From: Azolla caroliniana | Taxonomy: Eukaryota; Plantae; Polypodiophyta | Direction of reading: 5' to 3' | Assembly: GCA_043228905.1 (NCBI GenBank) | Contig: JBHGNT010000007.1 | Span: 14,942,001-15,006,000 of the forward strand | Length of the DNA: 64,000 nt | In this document: positions 61,730 to 64,000 of the stretch, piece by piece | Layout: the number at the start of each line of letters is the position of its first letter | Position numbering within the stretch: the stretch's first letter is position 1 | Made by a program: the position numbers and the translations under genes | Notes under the pieces: generated by a model | Told to the model about the DNA's origin: nothing | The model's database searches: none | Seen by the model: only the letters and a program-made list of their open reading frames with translations

Positions 61730-64000
61730 AAGAGACAATACTTTTATCCATAGTATACTAGGATAAAAGTGATGACATAAAATGGATAACATCCAAATAG
61801 GACAATGTAGTATAAGTGATGACTTAAAAAGGTTAACATCCAAATAGGACAATTTAATATCATGACAAAGTACACTTAATTCATAGCTAAAACACTTCAT
61901 AAATGGGAACATCATACCCTGGTCTTTGACTCCATTATTTGCATGAAACATACATCAAATAGCTATCGATTTGTGTGCCCACTCTTTTTTCTTTCACTAT
62001 TGAATAGGCAACGTCAACTAGAATGAGCATTTTTTAACATTACTACTCTTCTTCACTATGAGTAACCTTCTCTCACAATAGTTATGTTGACGTATCACTT
62101 TGATATAGGGACATCAATGTTTTATGGTGTTGGTGACTTTTATTCTTGTGCCTCTTCCCGCTTCTCCTCTTTGCTAGGAGATTTCTTCCATTCCTTCATA
62201 TGCAAAGGAGATGATGTACCTTTTTGTTTGCATCTGGATCCTTGTGTGCTTGCCTTTCTTCTTTACAAGATTCCCTAGAGAAAATACTTTCCCAACAAAT
62301 GCCCATCCCATGGGTAGTGAGAACCTGATGGTAGATATTTCAATTTTACAAAAACACTCAAGAAATTCATCTATGCTAGGCTCCCTACTTCTCAGAGTAA
62401 ATCAACAAAAGTTTGATGTATGGACTCAATCAACAAAAGTTTGATGTATGGGTGGGAGAATGTCAAAGCAAATCAACACCCTCTTATGAAGGAAGAGCTT
62501 TTTTTTAGTATTCCCATTCTTTATTTAGCTAGGAATTCGAAACACAATGTCAATCACTCAATGAAAGGATAAAACATGAGATGAGATTTCCCCCAATAGA
62601 AGCACGTTTGAGATAATGCACGTACTATAATGAGCATTACTCAATGGGGTTTGACAAACATGGTCCAAGCGCACACATCCAAATTATTACGAGACATAGG
62701 TTGAAACTAAATGGGGCCCAATATGTCCTAGTCTCATTCCAAAAGTGTTGTAAATACATATCAATAATACGAGAATGGAGTCGATGATGCATAAGTGGTG
62801 GTTGCATTCTTAACGAAATTCCAAATATTCCAAACTATTCAATATCTCTATGTCCCAATGTGCATCTTTAGGACCCATTTTTGGTGGACGAATCTACCAT
62901 GTTGCCCATTTTTTAGAGCATAACACTTTCAAATAAATGACTCATTAATCCACCTAGATTGTACGTTCTTATTCTAAAACCTTGTTTTCTCTCGGTGTTT
63001 TCATTATTTGTAACTCCAAAGATCACACTAAAGGTTTCTACATTCTTTGAACCATTGCATAAAGCTTATTTTTCACATGCGCACTTCTCTCGTTTAATGC
63101 ATTTTAGCATATTATGGAGCTCCATGTATACTTGATCACTTGAAAAAATATTTGCAGGCGAGTATTTTCGTAATTGTACCATAACATTGATAATCTATTC
63201 GCCCAATAGGGTCTTTAAGCAAACTCTTTTTTCATGTACTACATTTCATTAGAGCATTATAACTAATTCCTTCTCACATGACCCTCGAAGTTATTATGTA
63301 GTTTTGGTGATGGTTAGAAGTTACCTCCACAACTTAATAGAGTCGATGAGACCTCCCCCTCCTTTCTTGGGCCATGACCATTGCCCTTAGAGGGGTTTAA
63401 AATTTATTATCATCCTTCCATATATGCAGTCAACTACTAACTTGTCCATGGCATTTAGTTTTTGGCCCCTTTACTTCAATCTCATAAACTCAAGGGAGCT
63501 TCAATCAATTGAAGACTGTAGAGCACCAATTGACCCTCGACGAATGAATACATATCAATTCAATTTTTAGAGGGGTTGAAGGGTCCATGCTAATTTTGAT
63601 GTATGCTTTAGGTACCAACTTTGTTGCACTTCCTACACTAATTCTCTAATATAAATAAATTCAACTTCAAGTTTACATGCATTATTGAAATCAACTATGC
63701 ATCATTAAGATACGGAAGTTGATTGTGCTTCCATGCTATATGGCCCTTCTAGCTACTATTAGACATGAGCCCAAGGGATGGATGTAACACATGTATGTTT
63801 TTAAGCCCCATGTTTAAATTCTATTATCACAAGTGGACTCCTTAAGGTATACACGTTGAAGGACATGGTATGAAACGGTCTAGAGAGCAAGGTAGACACC
63901 TACATTCCCGTAATTGTTCAATTGGACACCATTGCGAGTGAAAAGAAGGAAACACACACATATAGTGTATTATCAATCCCAACAAATTACATACATCTAT

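Noticed and set aside
59800-63900. Possible decayed MULE/SWIM-type transposase on the - strand (e.g. HVRRN-like near 63270)
   Set aside because: Too degenerate; no TIR pair or continuous motif could be established.

Overview
Eukaryotic nuclear DNA from a land plant. A fern or other seed-free plant is likely, inferred from the PLS-E PPR gene style, the TE families and the AT-rich, microsatellite-rich intergenic DNA. Six host genes can be reconstructed: an intronless PLS/E-class PPR gene (+), gluconokinase (+), red chlorophyll catabolite reductase RCCR/ACD2 (+), a UBP23/USP36-like deubiquitinase (-), PRA1.H (-) and PWP2/UTP1 (+, with a GC-AG intron). Much of the rest is transposon-derived: two hAT-type MITEs with 8-bp TSDs; a Pack-MULE with long TIRs, a triplicated left end and a captured PB1-domain pseudo-exon; three L1-like LINE insertions with TSDs (one splits a kinase-like relic); RTE-X/L2-like LINE relics; Copia relics in a PRA1.H intron; and a three-level nest of Copia > full-length GC-rich Gypsy > solo LTR. 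The Gypsy is the most unusual element: tRNA-Trp primer site, 4-bp TSD supported by restoring the host reading frame, DHG protease and FLDD RT motifs, and no chromodomain. No prokaryotic system, CRISPR array or clearly novel biochemical system was seen. All assignments come from reading the sequence by eye; no database search was run.
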